Shown piece after piece: positions 9,916 to 20,575 of a stretch of DNA of 64,000 nucleotides. Both the position numbers and the translations under genes were made by a program. Position 1 is the first letter of the stretch. Each line of letters begins with the position of its first letter. Source of the stretch: Gemmatimonadaceae bacterium (GTDB taxonomy: Bacteria > Gemmatimonadota > Gemmatimonadetes > Gemmatimonadales > Gemmatimonadaceae); NCBI GenBank assembly GCA_044224875.1, contig JBGAJQ010000012.1:1-64000 (forward strand), in the 5' to 3' direction. Below the pieces are notes generated by a model. It did no database searches and was not told where the DNA came from. It saw only the letters and a list, made by a program, of their open reading frames with translations.

Positions 9916-10806
9916 CTACTCGTCCCCGGCACCCACGATCCGGCGCAGCCAGGCTACGCCTAACGTCGACCCGACGATGACGAGTGCGCCCACCCACGTC
10001 CAGCCGCTTGGGCGTTCATGCAGGATCATCGCTCCCCAGAGGACCGCGAACACGATCTGCAGGTAGCCCACCGTGGTGGCTCGCGCCGTGCGTTCGAGCT
10101 GAAGACCCCTGGTCAGGAACGTCTGGGCCGTTTGCGTGGTGACGCCGATGCCCAACAACAGCAGCCACTCCCGAGCGGTTGGCGTCACCCAGTTCGAGGC
10201 CGCGAAGGGAACACTGATCGGAATCGTCATCAGCGGGAGGTACAGCACGATCACCTCGGCGCGTTCTGTCGTCATGCGACGAATGGTGGCGTATGCCGTC
10301 CCCGAACAGAACGCGCCCAGCAATGCGATGCCCACATGGCGTGGATCGAGTGACGCCACCTGCGAGGGAAAGAGGAACGCCGGACGCGCGATCAGCACGA
10401 CCCCAATGAGCGACGCCGACAGCGCCAACAGATCGCTGGAATGTACGCGCTCCCCGAACACATACGCGGCCACCAGTGAGGCGAAGACGGGATTCGTGTA
10501 CTGAATGAGGGTCGCCTCGCCGAGTGGCAGGTGCGTGAGGGAGAAGAAGAAGCAGGAAAGTGCAGTGGCCCCGAGCAGGCCACGCACGAGGAGCAATCGG
10601 CGATTGATTCCGAGCACCGGTGAGATCCCGGCGCGCTTTGCGACAATGAAGCTGAGGGCAAGCGTGATGAATCCGCGGGCCAGCACGATCTCCATCGACG
10701 GGATGCGCTCGCCAGCGATACGCACCAGCAGACTCATGACCGAGAACCAGAAGGCTCCCATCGCCATGTACTGCAGCCCTCGGGGGATGGCGGCCGGTCG
10801 CGTCAT
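9916..10806 (-). CDS. EamA/DMT family membrane transporter
   Basis: About 10 TM segments, LPLGEATLIQYTNPVF, YLQIVFAVLWG. Start placed at ATG 10806 because the longer ORF overlaps rmuC. Confidence 0.9.
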   Translation of the reverse strand: MTRPAAIPRGLQYMAMGAFWFSVMSLLVRIAGERIPSMEIVLARGFITLALSFIVAKRAGISPVLGINRRLLLVRGLLGATALSCFFFSLTHLPLGEATLIQYTNPVFASLVAAYVFGERVHSSDLLALSASLIGVVLIARPAFLFPSQVASLDPRHVGIALLGAFCSGTAYATIRRMTTERAEVIVLYLPLMTIPISVPFAASNWVTPTAREWLLLLGIGVTTQTAQTFLTRGLQLERTARATTVGYLQIVFAVLWGAMILHERPSGWTWVGALVIVGSTLGVAWLRRIVGAGDE

Positions 10807-10843
10807 TCCGGGGTGCTGCACCTCGAGGGGTTCGGCGGCGCTC

Positions 10844-12079
10844 TCATGGGGCGCGCAGTGGCTCGTCTCGATCGACGGGGCGCGCCGGGCCGGTGATCGC
10901 GTCGATGGCGGGCAGATCCACCTGTGGAGACGCAGCGCCAAGGTCCTTGAAGCGTCGCGCCGACGCGAGCACTCGTCGCTCCATCGTGGTGGCCGCACTG
11001 TTGTAGGCGTCGGTGGCGCGTCGCAACCCGTCGCCCACCGCCAACACTTGCGTCGCGAGGACTGCCATGCGGTCGTGAAGCTCGCGACCCAACGCGCTGA
11101 TCTCGGCGGCGTTATGCGCCAGTGCATCTTGGCGCCAGCCGTAGGCGACCGACTTCAGGAGCGCGATGAGAGTGGTCGGCGTAGCGAGCACAACGCCGTC
11201 GGCCAGGCCAGCCTCCATGAGGGACGGATCGGCGTGCAGCGCCGCGGAAAAGAACGCCTCACCGGGAAGGAACAGGACGACGAATTCCGGTGAACGTTCG
11301 AACTGCTGCCAGTACTGCTTACGAGCGAGGGCCGTGATGTGAGCGCGCACGTGTCGCGCGTGCAACCGTAGCAGGGCCATGCGCCGACTCTCATCCTCCT
11401 CTCCGACGGCGTCCAGGTAGGCTCCGAGCGGGGCCTTGGCGTCGACCACGATGGTGCGCTGCTCTGGCAGCCTGACGATGAGGTCTGGGCGTTGCCGTCG
11501 TTCCTCGTCCTCCACGGTCTCCTGCACGACAAAATCGCAGTGTTCGAGCATCCCCGCCAGCTCGCACACGCGACGGAGTTGCATCTCGCCCCAGGCGCCA
11601 CGCACGGCGGGTGCTCGCAAGGCTTGGGCAAGGTGCTGCGTTTCATCACGCAGTTGCTCGTTGGATTGTACGACGTCGTGCAGTCGCTGGGTCAGCTGTC
11701 CCATATGCCGCGCCCGTTCGCGTTCGAGTTCGCTGACCTTTTCATCGTACCGGGTGATTCCGTCGCGAATGGGTTCTACGAGCAATGCGATTGCGCGTTC
11801 TCGTTCGGCCAACGACGCCTGCGCGTGCGTGGTGGATCGTTCCAGTTCGGCTCGTGCCATCTGGAGAAAGATCTCCCCATTCTGACGCAGGGCATCGACA
11901 CCCAGGGATGCGAAGGCGTCGCGGAGGTGCTGCCGATCTTGCACGAGCGCCTCGGCGCGGGCCGCCGCGGCGTCGCGCTCGGCACGCAGTCGCGCGCGTG
12001 GTGATGCCATGAGGACCCAGGTGACCACCACGCCGGCGAGGAAGGCGCCGCCTGCGATTAGCAGCTCAAACTCACTCAC
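10844..12079 (-). CDS. rmuC: DNA recombination protein RmuC
   Basis: N-terminal TM and coiled coil; RGAWGEMQL, RPDLIVRLP, VVDAKAP, FVVLFLPGE, LATPTTLIALL. Confidence 0.93.
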   Translation of the reverse strand: MSEFELLIAGGAFLAGVVVTWVLMASPRARLRAERDAAAARAEALVQDRQHLRDAFASLGVDALRQNGEIFLQMARAELERSTTHAQASLAERERAIALLVEPIRDGITRYDEKVSELERERARHMGQLTQRLHDVVQSNEQLRDETQHLAQALRAPAVRGAWGEMQLRRVCELAGMLEHCDFVVQETVEDEERRQRPDLIVRLPEQRTIVVDAKAPLGAYLDAVGEEDESRRMALLRLHARHVRAHITALARKQYWQQFERSPEFVVLFLPGEAFFSAALHADPSLMEAGLADGVVLATPTTLIALLKSVAYGWRQDALAHNAAEISALGRELHDRMAVLATQVLAVGDGLRRATDAYNSAATTMERRVLASARRFKDLGAASPQVDLPAIDAITGPARPVDRDEPLRAP

Positions 12080-13847
12080 CAGCCGCTCCGGAATCGGTCG
12101 TCACGCCGCCGCGCAGCACGTGGTCCATGCGTACGTGCGTAGCGCCCTTGGAACGCAGTACTTCATAGTGATCGCGCCGTGCCGATTCTGCCGCCTGACG
12201 GATCGTTTCGGTGGGCACGCCATATCGGTGCAGTACACGACCGAAGATCTCCAGGGAGGTCTCGAATTCCTCAGGAACCACTTCGTTGGCCCCCAATGCG
12301 CTCAGTTCCTCGATCTCGGCGACATAACGTGTACGGGCGACGATGTGCACGGCAGGGTTGAGGTGACGGGCCATGGCCACTCCGCGGCGCTCATCCGCGA
12401 GCGAGGCGATGGCAAAGACCACCACGCGTGCCTGGTGAATCCCCACCCGCTCCAGCACTTCGGCCCGCGTGCCATCACCAAAGATGATCGGTTCGCGCTC
12501 CAACCGTGCCCGTCGCACCACTTGGCCGTTGGATTCCAGGACAGCGTACTCTATTCCCGAGCGACGCAGCGCGCGGGCGAGGTTCTGTCCATTGAGCCCA
12601 TAGCCGACGATGATGACGTGGCCGGTGAGTGGTTTGACGATTCGTGCCTCGCGCGTGGCAAACTCCATCGTGGCCGCCGTTCGGTTTTGCAGCAGGTACT
12701 CGGCGAGTGCGGGCGCCGAAGCTACAGCAAAAGGCGCCACCAGCATGGTGAGGATAGCCGCGCCCAGGAAGAGCTGGTACTCGTCTCCATTCAGGAGCCC
12801 GATGGCGGCCGACATGCTCGCCAGCACAAACGAGAATTCACCGATCTGCGCCAGCCCAACGCCGGCGACGATACCAACGCGGGACGACCGTCGAACCATT
12901 CGCACAACGGCGAAGCCTACCACCGCTTTCATGAGCATGATCGAGATGGCCGCTCCCAGCACCAACCATATGTGGGACATGACGTAGTGCAGGTCCAGCA
13001 ACATGCCGACGGACGTGAAGAAGATGCCCGAGAAGGTATCGCGGAATGGCAGCACGTCCGTGAGCGCCTGCAACCCGTACTCAGACTCGGCGATGACCAG
13101 ACCGGCGAGGAAGGCGCCTAACGCGAGTGACAGGCCAAAGATGGACGTCACCCATGCCGCGCCCAACCCGATGGCCAGGATGACCAGCGTGAAGATCTCG
13201 TTGTTCCTTTGCTCCACAACGCGGGCGAGGGCCTTGGGTATGAGGAATCTCCCCACGAGCAGCAGACCGGCAGTGACGGCCAGGGTGACGCCGATGGCGC
13301 GGAGCGCAGCTCCGGCGCCGTGCTCCGTTCCCGCCAGTAGCGGGAGCAACACCATCAACGGCACCACGCAGAGATCCTGGAAGAGCAGGATGGCAACGAC
13401 CACACGGCCATGGGCCGCATCGAGTTCGCCGCGGTCGGCGTACACCTTGAGCACGATGGCCGTTGACGAGAGGGCGACCAGTGCACCGAAGAGGATCGCG
13501 CGGTTGGCGTTGATCCCCAGCGCGACTTCGATGCCGGCGACGATACCCACCGTGGCCACGAGTTGCACGGCGCCACCACGTAGGACGAGTCGTCCAAGCC
13601 GGATGATGCGCGACAGGGAAAGCTCCAATCCCACGGCAAAGAGCAGGAGAATGGAGCCTACCTGAGCGAGCGTGTTCACGGAGTTCACTTCTCGCACGAG
13701 GCCCAACGCGTGTGGCCCAATCGCGATCCCGGTGAGCAGGAACCCGACCAGGGTGGGCACTTTCAGGCGATTGGTCAGCATGACGACCGGAATGGCGATC
13801 GCCACCAGCAGCACGAGGTCGCGGAGAAGGGGGATATTCTGCTGCAT
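12072..13847 (-). CDS. CPA2-family K+/H+ antiporter (Kef-like) with TrkA-N/KTN domain
   Basis: ALSSTAIVLK, LLFQDL, SLALGAFLAGL, QIGEFSFVL; C-terminal HVIIVGYGLNG. Confidence 0.92.
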   Translation of the reverse strand: MQQNIPLLRDLVLLVAIAIPVVMLTNRLKVPTLVGFLLTGIAIGPHALGLVREVNSVNTLAQVGSILLLFAVGLELSLSRIIRLGRLVLRGGAVQLVATVGIVAGIEVALGINANRAILFGALVALSSTAIVLKVYADRGELDAAHGRVVVAILLFQDLCVVPLMVLLPLLAGTEHGAGAALRAIGVTLAVTAGLLLVGRFLIPKALARVVEQRNNEIFTLVILAIGLGAAWVTSIFGLSLALGAFLAGLVIAESEYGLQALTDVLPFRDTFSGIFFTSVGMLLDLHYVMSHIWLVLGAAISIMLMKAVVGFAVVRMVRRSSRVGIVAGVGLAQIGEFSFVLASMSAAIGLLNGDEYQLFLGAAILTMLVAPFAVASAPALAEYLLQNRTAATMEFATREARIVKPLTGHVIIVGYGLNGQNLARALRRSGIEYAVLESNGQVVRRARLEREPIIFGDGTRAEVLERVGIHQARVVVFAIASLADERRGVAMARHLNPAVHIVARTRYVAEIEELSALGANEVVPEEFETSLEIFGRVLHRYGVPTETIRQAAESARRDHYEVLRSKGATHVRMDHVLRGGVTTDSGAAGE

Positions 13848-13955
13848 GCGCGTAAGCTCGTGCGATACCTGTTGAACGACAAGCGGGCAACTGCCGTTAG
13901 GCTTGCCCGGTGTCTCCGCAGGGCGCCTGGTGAAGGGGGGCCACGTTGGGCACGA

Positions 13956-16900
13956 TCAGCGAAGCGCCGTCAGGGCCTTCTCGGCGTTGGTGAGGTCCAC
14001 CTGCACGGCGCGGAGCACTGCCACCTGGGCCCGAGTCGGCGGCGAGAGAGACCCCTGCTGCGCTCCGGCCCCATTGAAGTCCGCCGCCAGCCCGTAGGTG
14101 CGCGCGTACAGTGCACGCGGCCCGATTCGCAGGGTACGGTCCAACGCCGTGAGGTCCACCAGCCGCTTTTCGGCAAGGGCGCGAGCCGTCGAGCCTTCAG
14201 GCGCAGCATCGCGCGCGGCGAGCGCCGCGGCCCGAAGTTGCCTGGCCTCCCCGATCATCGAAGTGATGTGCTCTTGATAGGAGCGGACGCGAAGCAAGAA
14301 TGATTCACGCTGGCGGTGTTGCGCGAGCGTGACCGGAAGCAATGGATCTCCCGTGACCGCCACCGAGGATGTGATGGTAGTTCCATCCGCCGTGAGTCTT
14401 ACCGAATAGCTTCCCGGTGACACGAAGGGCCCGCGATCCCCGATGTCGTGTGGTGGACGCGGGAGGGACAGACGCGCGACCTCGCTGGTGTCAGGGTCAC
14501 TGGGCGGTGGCGTATGGCGAAGGTCCCAATTGACGCGCCCCAGACCGGCGCGTGCCGACAGTGCGATCTCGCGCACCAATCGGCCGTCTGCCCCCACAAT
14601 CGTGAGAGAGGCTTGGCGCACGTTAGGCGGCAATCGATAGGTGATGATCGCGCCCTCGACGGGATTTGGCGCGTTGAAGGCACTCGCGCCCAGGTAGGAG
14701 TAGTCTTGCCAGTATTGTTGAAGACTGGCCGCGCGACTGGGGAAGATCTGCAGGCCCGTGCTGGGGTCCTGGGCAATCGCCGACAGGACACTGGCATCGT
14801 CCAGGATCCACACGGCGCGACCGTGTGTGCCCAGGATCAGGTCCTTGGTCCGCGGATGGACGAGGATGTCATCGTAGCGAGTGGTGGGCAGGTTGGAACG
14901 AAATGGCGACCAGCTCTGAGCACTGTCCAGTGAGACGTAGAGCTGGCGTTCCGTACCGGCGAACACGACGGCGGGATTGCCTGGATACTCATGCAGGGAA
15001 CGAACGACATGTCCTTCCCCGATGCCCGTGCTGACTCGCGTCCACGTGCGGCCGAAGTCCGCTGTGCGAAAGATGTACGACGAGAAGTCACCGCTGCGAT
15101 GCCCATCGAGGGCGACGAGAGCGGTGCTGCGGCTCGCGCCGGAAGCCACCACGCGGCTCACGAGCGTTCCGCGCGGTACACCGGATATGGCGGCGGACAC
15201 TTCGTTCCACGTGCTGCCTCCGTCGCGGGACACCTGTACGTTCCCGTCATCCGACCCGACCCACAGCACGCGCCGATCGAGTGGCGACTCGGCGATGGTG
15301 GTGAGTTCGCTGTAGGAGCTTTCGCCGTCGTGCTGGGAGAGTCGTACCTCGCGCCCCGGTACCCCCATGATCGTCAGGGAATCGCGTTGTATCTGACGGG
15401 TAAGGTCCTTGGTCTGTGTCCAGGTGTTTGCTCGGTCCCGCGTAATGAAGAGTCGATTCCCTCCCAGGTAAAACGTGCCGGGGGTGTGACGCGAGGCAAG
15501 CATGGGCGCGGTCCAGTCGAACCGGTATGCGGAGTCACCTGGAGCAGGTCGCGGCTGGATGTCGTGGCGATTTCCGGTGGTGGGATCGAAGCGCGTGACC
15601 GACCCGTTCTGGCCCGACGTGTAAATGACGCGGGCGTCGAACGGGTCGGGTTGTTGCTGCATACCGTCCCCGAACCCGATCTCCTGCCAGTCGCCATTCA
15701 GGATGCCTAACCAGTGGCGTGTGCGGCTGGGGCCCATCCACGAGTGATTGTCCTGCAGGCCAATGTAGATCCAATAGGGGTCACGGAGGTCCGCGCCGAG
15801 ACCGTAGACCTGGGCGATCGGCAGGTTGCTGAATCGTGCGAATGTCTCGCCCAGATCGAACGATTCTCCGAGTCCGCCATCGCCCGCGAGGTAGAAGTGC
15901 CGCGGATTTCGCGGGTCGATCCATAGCGCGTGGTAGTCAGAGTGCAGGCCGACGTCGTAGGTCGGGGCGGTGGGCATCTGTCGCCACTTCTTGCCGCCGT
16001 CCTCGGATTTCAGGAGCGGTTCGGCGAGTATCCATACGCGCTGGTCGTTTGTGGGGTCGATGTAGATGTGCGAGTAGTACATCGGCCGCGGGTTGATCGG
16101 ACTGACTCGCGTCCATGTTTCGCCGCCGTCTTCTGACCGATAGGTACCGGCGCTCGTGGCATGCTCGATGGTGGCCATGACAACTCGCCCGTTGGTGGCG
16201 GCGATCGCGAGCCCGATGCGACCGATATCTCCAGTCGGAATTCCGTTCGTGAGGCGGCGCCAAGTAGCTCCTCCGTCGGCCGACTTGTAAATGCCGGAGC
16301 CTGGACCACCGCCGTTGAATCCCCACGGGGTGCGAAGGCGCTGGTATGTTGCCGCGAGCAGGGTGTTGGGGTCCCTCGGGTCCATCACGAGGTCCACGGC
16401 GCCCGTGAGCGAGTCGATGGCGAGCGATTTGGTCCAGGTGCGCCCGCCATCGGTGGTCTTGTACACGCCGCGATCCTCACTGGGGGCCCACAGGTTCCCC
16501 ATCGCCGCGACGTAGGCGACGCCATGGTCCGTCGGGTGCAACACAATTCGTCCAATGTGACGGGTGGCCGCGAGTCCGAGGTGTTGCCACGTTTGCCCAC
16601 CATCTGCCGACCGGTACACCCCGTTCCCCCACGACGTCGACTGGCGGTTGTTCTGTTCGCCAGTGCCCGCCCACACGATCTGCGGGTTCGCGGAAAAGAT
16701 TGCCAAGTCGCCGAAGGTGTTGGCCTCCTGACGTTCGAAGATGGGCGTCCATGTGATTCCGTGGTTCACCGACTTCCAGATTCCGCCGGAGGCCGTGGCG
16801 ACGTACACAATGGAGGGGTCGGTTCGAACCGCCTCGACGTCGTGAATGCGTCCGCCTAACGCCGCAGGGCCTATGTTCCGGAAGGACAAGGCGTCGAACG

Positions 16901-16970
16901 GTTCCTGGGCAGTGACGGAGGTGTTGGCCGCAAGGAGGGCCGTGCCCAGGAAGGCGTAGAATGGTCGCAT
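13956..16970 (-). CDS. Secreted VPS10/BNR-repeat beta-propeller protein (glycosyl-hydrolase-like)
   Basis: FRNIGPAALGGRI, many SxDGGxTW Asp-boxes, GLQDN, GTHGR; signal peptide. Confidence 0.88.
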   Translation of the reverse strand: MRPFYAFLGTALLAANTSVTAQEPFDALSFRNIGPAALGGRIHDVEAVRTDPSIVYVATASGGIWKSVNHGITWTPIFERQEANTFGDLAIFSANPQIVWAGTGEQNNRQSTSWGNGVYRSADGGQTWQHLGLAATRHIGRIVLHPTDHGVAYVAAMGNLWAPSEDRGVYKTTDGGRTWTKSLAIDSLTGAVDLVMDPRDPNTLLAATYQRLRTPWGFNGGGPGSGIYKSADGGATWRRLTNGIPTGDIGRIGLAIAATNGRVVMATIEHATSAGTYRSEDGGETWTRVSPINPRPMYYSHIYIDPTNDQRVWILAEPLLKSEDGGKKWRQMPTAPTYDVGLHSDYHALWIDPRNPRHFYLAGDGGLGESFDLGETFARFSNLPIAQVYGLGADLRDPYWIYIGLQDNHSWMGPSRTRHWLGILNGDWQEIGFGDGMQQQPDPFDARVIYTSGQNGSVTRFDPTTGNRHDIQPRPAPGDSAYRFDWTAPMLASRHTPGTFYLGGNRLFITRDRANTWTQTKDLTRQIQRDSLTIMGVPGREVRLSQHDGESSYSELTTIAESPLDRRVLWVGSDDGNVQVSRDGGSTWNEVSAAISGVPRGTLVSRVVASGASRSTALVALDGHRSGDFSSYIFRTADFGRTWTRVSTGIGEGHVVRSLHEYPGNPAVVFAGTERQLYVSLDSAQSWSPFRSNLPTTRYDDILVHPRTKDLILGTHGRAVWILDDASVLSAIAQDPSTGLQIFPSRAASLQQYWQDYSYLGASAFNAPNPVEGAIITYRLPPNVRQASLTIVGADGRLVREIALSARAGLGRVNWDLRHTPPPSDPDTSEVARLSLPRPPHDIGDRGPFVSPGSYSVRLTADGTTITSSVAVTGDPLLPVTLAQHRQRESFLLRVRSYQEHITSMIGEARQLRAAALAARDAAPEGSTARALAEKRLVDLTALDRTLRIGPRALYARTYGLAADFNGAGAQQGSLSPPTRAQVAVLRAVQVDLTNAEKALTALR

Positions 16971-17111
16971 GGATCGCCGGCGCCGCATGGTGGGAGCTCG
17001 CGGGGCGGTCTGACGAGATATGAGCCCGACCCGCGGAGCGCCGGTGATGAGCGCTCGCGCGCGAATGTACGCGAGGCTAGGTGCGACGGCTATGCGTCTG
17101 CACGACGCGAG

Positions 17112-17612
17112 CTACCGGATTTCGAACGTGTTCGAGTAATCGACGAAGGTGGTCCCGCTTCCGTCGGAATTGGTGTGGTACTGGACGCGAATGCGCGCCT
17201 GCCCGCGAAAGGCGCCGACGTCCGACATGGAGATCAGGCGATAGGTCTTGCCCGGAATAAGCGTGACATAGCGCGTCCCCTCGATCATGACCGAGGTGGT
17301 GACGGACGACCAGGTCCCCGGGTTCGATTCCGCCTCAACGATCGCGTCAGATCCCGATGAGGTGTACAGGGGATCCTGTTCGATGGCCGAGTTGAACGCA
17401 TCGCCGACGTTCGCGAATACCGCTACCTGGCTCGTGTTGCGAATGGTCGCTTCGAATCCAGTGGTGCGAAACGCTGCCGCCGACACCACGGTTGGCGCCT
17501 GAATGGAGAGGTTGCCGCTTGCGTTGAGGGGGGCGGCCATGTCGTTGCCGCATGCGGCGACGAGCGTGGTCGCCATGCCCGCAATCAATCCTCTGACGAA
17601 TTTCACTTCCAT
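17112..17612 (-). CDS. Hypothetical lipoprotein (possibly Ig-like)
   Basis: Lipobox-like LVAAC after a hydrophobic stretch; ends YSNTFEIR. Confidence 0.65.
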   Translation of the reverse strand: MEVKFVRGLIAGMATTLVAACGNDMAAPLNASGNLSIQAPTVVSAAAFRTTGFEATIRNTSQVAVFANVGDAFNSAIEQDPLYTSSGSDAIVEAESNPGTWSSVTTSVMIEGTRYVTLIPGKTYRLISMSDVGAFRGQARIRVQYHTNSDGSGTTFVDYSNTFEIR

Positions 17613-17735
17613 CGAAGGCTCCAGTGAGGGGCAGGCGACGCGTCGCCGGCGAGCTGGCGGAGAAGGCCCGAACGGAGCGCCTCCTCTACGCTTACGACAC
17701 GTTTGCGACGGCGGACCCCCGACAGAACGTCGTCC

Positions 17736-18509
17736 CTACGTGTTCGGCCTGTCCCTGTCCGCGCGAAAGTGTTCCGTGATCGCATCGGAGACCACCGCCA
17801 CACAGCGCACCCCGATCGGCGCCGACAACCCGCGCGCGTCGCCGAGGATTCCATTCGGCGCGATGCTCTTGAGTCCATCGCGAAGAATCCTGGCGACGAC
17901 GCCCGCCGTATCCGTCGTCATGTGCCCTGGCTCGGCGCGATCTGTATGCACGTACTCGGGAAAGAGGGAGAGCATGATCGAGGATTCGGCGATGTCGGCA
18001 TGGCCACCGACATGCGCCACCTCTCCGCCAGCATCACCAACTGCGGTTCTCCAGAAATCGATCATGCCAATCAGGTCGGTATAGGCGCCGATCCGGCAGC
18101 TCGAACCCGCGGCAGCCTGCAGCCGCGGAAGCATGTCGCGCACTGGAGCGAAGTTCCCGCCGTGCGATGGGATGATCCCCACGTAGGTGAAACCGTGCCG
18201 GGCCAGGCTCACGCAGTAATCGGTGCAGATGGCCTCCAGCGTCTCCTGCCGTATACTGAGGGTCCCGGGGAACGCCATGTGGTGCTCGCTACACCCAACG
18301 CGAACCGTGGGCGCTACGAGCGCGCGTCCCAATTTGCGCGCCACTTCGCCGGCGAGCGCTGTGCCGTGTTCGGCGTCCATGAACATTGGAAGGTGTGGCC
18401 CATGCTGTTCCACTGCGCCACAAGCGAACACCGCTGACGTGATGCCCGAATTCAGGGCGTCCTCGACTTCGGTGTACGTCATGCGTTCGAGAATCGGAAA
18501 TCCGCTCAT
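17736..18509 (-). CDS. Creatininase / creatinine amidohydrolase family protein
   Basis: GAVEQHGPHLP, SEHHMAFPGT, SHGGN, GHADIAESS; ATG overlaps the nhaA stop. Confidence 0.92.
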   Translation of the reverse strand: MSGFPILERMTYTEVEDALNSGITSAVFACGAVEQHGPHLPMFMDAEHGTALAGEVARKLGRALVAPTVRVGCSEHHMAFPGTLSIRQETLEAICTDYCVSLARHGFTYVGIIPSHGGNFAPVRDMLPRLQAAAGSSCRIGAYTDLIGMIDFWRTAVGDAGGEVAHVGGHADIAESSIMLSLFPEYVHTDRAEPGHMTTDTAGVVARILRDGLKSIAPNGILGDARGLSAPIGVRCVAVVSDAITEHFRADRDRPNT

Positions 18510-19882
18510 GTGTCTCCCGAAAGTCCGGCATTGCCAGGCGGTCGCGGGGCTCCTGCGACGCCTCGTGTCCGTCGGAGCAGAAGGTAGCCGACGACACCGG
18601 AAACGCACGAGCCTCCGATAATCCCGAACTTCGCCGCATCCAACTGCTGGGATTCACCAAAGGCGAGCCCCGCGACAAAGAGCGACATCGTAAACCCGAT
18701 TCCACCTATCCACGCCACGCCATGGAGCATGCGAAGCGTCACGTTGGCTGGGAGCGCGGCCCAATCGGCGCGTACACCCAGCCACGCGAAGAGTGTGATC
18801 CCGATCGGCTTCCCGAGCACGAGGCCAGCCAATACACCCAGCGTGATGGGGCTGCCCGCCAACTGCCCAAGCCCACCCAGCCGAACGCCAGCATTGGCCA
18901 GCGCGAAGACGGGCATGATCCCGAACGCGACGATTCCATGCAGTGCATGCTCCAGCCGCAACAGCGGTCCTTGCACCTCGGTACTTGCCACGTCCAGTGC
19001 GTGGATGGCTTCCTGTTGCCCCTTGCTGGTGAGCACGAGCCGGTCTCCATTTTCCGTGGCATCGAATTCATCCAGAAGCCTACGCGCGCGCATCGAGTAA
19101 TCGGTGGCATTGATGTGCGTGCGCGCGGGAACCGTGAGCGCCACCAACACACCGGCGATGGTGGCGTGCAGTCCCGAACTCATCAGGGCCAGCCACAACA
19201 ACATACCAAGCAGGAGATACGGAGTCAGGCTCTGTACACCTCGCAGATTCAAGATGATCAGGCCCGACAGGATCAACGCGGCAATGCCTAACGCCGCCAA
19301 GGAGATGGTAGCGGTGTAGAATAACGCGATCACCAGGACGGCACCCATGTCGTCGACAATCGCGAACGCGCTCAGAAACACCTTGAGTCCCACGGGCACG
19401 CGCGGACCAAGCAGCGTGAGAACGCCAAGGGCAAACGCAATGTCGGTGGCCATGGGAATTCCCCAGCCGGCCGCCCCCTCGCCCCGCCCGTTCACGAGGA
19501 AGTAGCAGAAGGCCGGGACGATCATGCCTCCAACCGCGGCAATGATCGGCAGCGCTGCCTGACGAGCGGTCGCCAGCTCACCTACCAGGAGCTCTCGCTT
19601 GATCTCTAAGCCAACGAGGAGGAAGAAGACGGCCATGAGACCGTCGTTGATCCAATGATGCAACGATTGTGAGAGCGGCGCGGAACGCGGGCCGATGGTA
19701 AAGACGGTCTCCCACAGATGAAAATAAGAATCCCCCCACGGCGAGTTGGCCCAGCCGATCGCGACCACCGCACACGCGAGCAGCACGAATCCGCCCAGCG
19801 CCCCAGTGCGCGCGAATTCCTGAAAGGGGAGCAGGGCCCGGTGGAGGAGATGTGCTTTGCCAGTGCTTGGTGTGGCAGGCAT
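18506..19882 (-). CDS. nhaA: Na+/H+ antiporter NhaA
   Basis: WINDGLMAVFF, GLEIKRE, GWGIPMATDIAFALG, AIVDD, GIGFTMSLF. Confidence 0.95.
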   Translation of the reverse strand: MPATPSTGKAHLLHRALLPFQEFARTGALGGFVLLACAVVAIGWANSPWGDSYFHLWETVFTIGPRSAPLSQSLHHWINDGLMAVFFLLVGLEIKRELLVGELATARQAALPIIAAVGGMIVPAFCYFLVNGRGEGAAGWGIPMATDIAFALGVLTLLGPRVPVGLKVFLSAFAIVDDMGAVLVIALFYTATISLAALGIAALILSGLIILNLRGVQSLTPYLLLGMLLWLALMSSGLHATIAGVLVALTVPARTHINATDYSMRARRLLDEFDATENGDRLVLTSKGQQEAIHALDVASTEVQGPLLRLEHALHGIVAFGIMPVFALANAGVRLGGLGQLAGSPITLGVLAGLVLGKPIGITLFAWLGVRADWAALPANVTLRMLHGVAWIGGIGFTMSLFVAGLAFGESQQLDAAKFGIIGGSCVSGVVGYLLLRRTRGVAGAPRPPGNAGLSGDT

Positions 19883-19930
19883 TCTGGCAACGTACGCGCG
19901 CGCCAGCCGTCCGACAACGAGGTCAGCGCC

Positions 19931-19962
19931 CAGCCGCGTCAGCAGCCGCGTCAGCAGCCGCG
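19931..19962. repeat. 12-bp tandem repeat (TCAGCAGCCGCG x2 plus a partial copy) spanning the stop codon of the rhodanese-like gene
   Basis: Full copies at 19939-19950 and 19951-19962, partial at 19931-19938. Minus strand reads RGC*RGC*RGW. Confidence 0.85.
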
Positions 19963-20571
19963 CTTCTTTCGCTTGGCCACGAGGTCCTTCGCGGTGGGCT
20001 TTTCACGCACCGGGTTCGTGGGCATGGGAACGATGCTCGTCGGCGCGGCGGCGCGATGCGGCTCGCCTCCGAAGTACTTACTCAGCTCGACGGCTCGTTC
20101 GTATTCCGCCTTTGCCGAGTCCGTGGGATTGGAGTCGAGCGTTGGGTTCATGATCGCTTCTTCCCAGTCCAGGATGCCACCGCGTAAGAAATAGGCGTTG
20201 TGCACACCCGCCAGCTGCAAAAACACCCACCCCTGTGCGGCGTGGGCCCCACCTTCGGAGTACAGCACCACGGTTTCGTTCGACGCGAAACGGGTGGACG
20301 GGAGTTGCTCAATCGCGATGCGCTCCGCCGTGGGAATGTGGAAATCGTCGTACTCGGCGGCTGGCCGCAGATCGATCACCCGCAAGCCGGGCTTTTGACC
20401 ACGGATCCACTCCGCCAGCTGCAACGCGTCCACGTGATCGGCCTCGGTCTCCACGGCGTGGGCGAGCCGTGTGACTTCCGTTGGCATCGCCCGTGGCTGT
20501 GGCGACCCGGCAACGAGCGCCCCGGCGCCCAGTAATGCGGCGATTGACGCCAGTATCATGCGTGTCTGCAT
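19951..20571 (-). CDS. Exported/membrane-anchored rhodanese-like protein lacking the active-site Cys, with a C-terminal Cys
   Basis: VIDLRP..EY..FHIPTA, VVLYSEGG (Ser at the Cys position), LRGGILDW; ends KRKKRGC. Confidence 0.82.
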   Translation of the reverse strand: MQTRMILASIAALLGAGALVAGSPQPRAMPTEVTRLAHAVETEADHVDALQLAEWIRGQKPGLRVIDLRPAAEYDDFHIPTAERIAIEQLPSTRFASNETVVLYSEGGAHAAQGWVFLQLAGVHNAYFLRGGILDWEEAIMNPTLDSNPTDSAKAEYERAVELSKYFGGEPHRAAAPTSIVPMPTNPVREKPTAKDLVAKRKKRGC

Positions 20572-20575
20572 ACGG

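Noticed and set aside
19931..19962. Selenocysteine read-through (RGC-TGA-RGC-TGA, resembling GCU)
   Set aside because: A perfect 12-bp tandem duplication explains it. Read-through would run out of frame into nhaA, and I see no convincing SECIS hairpin.
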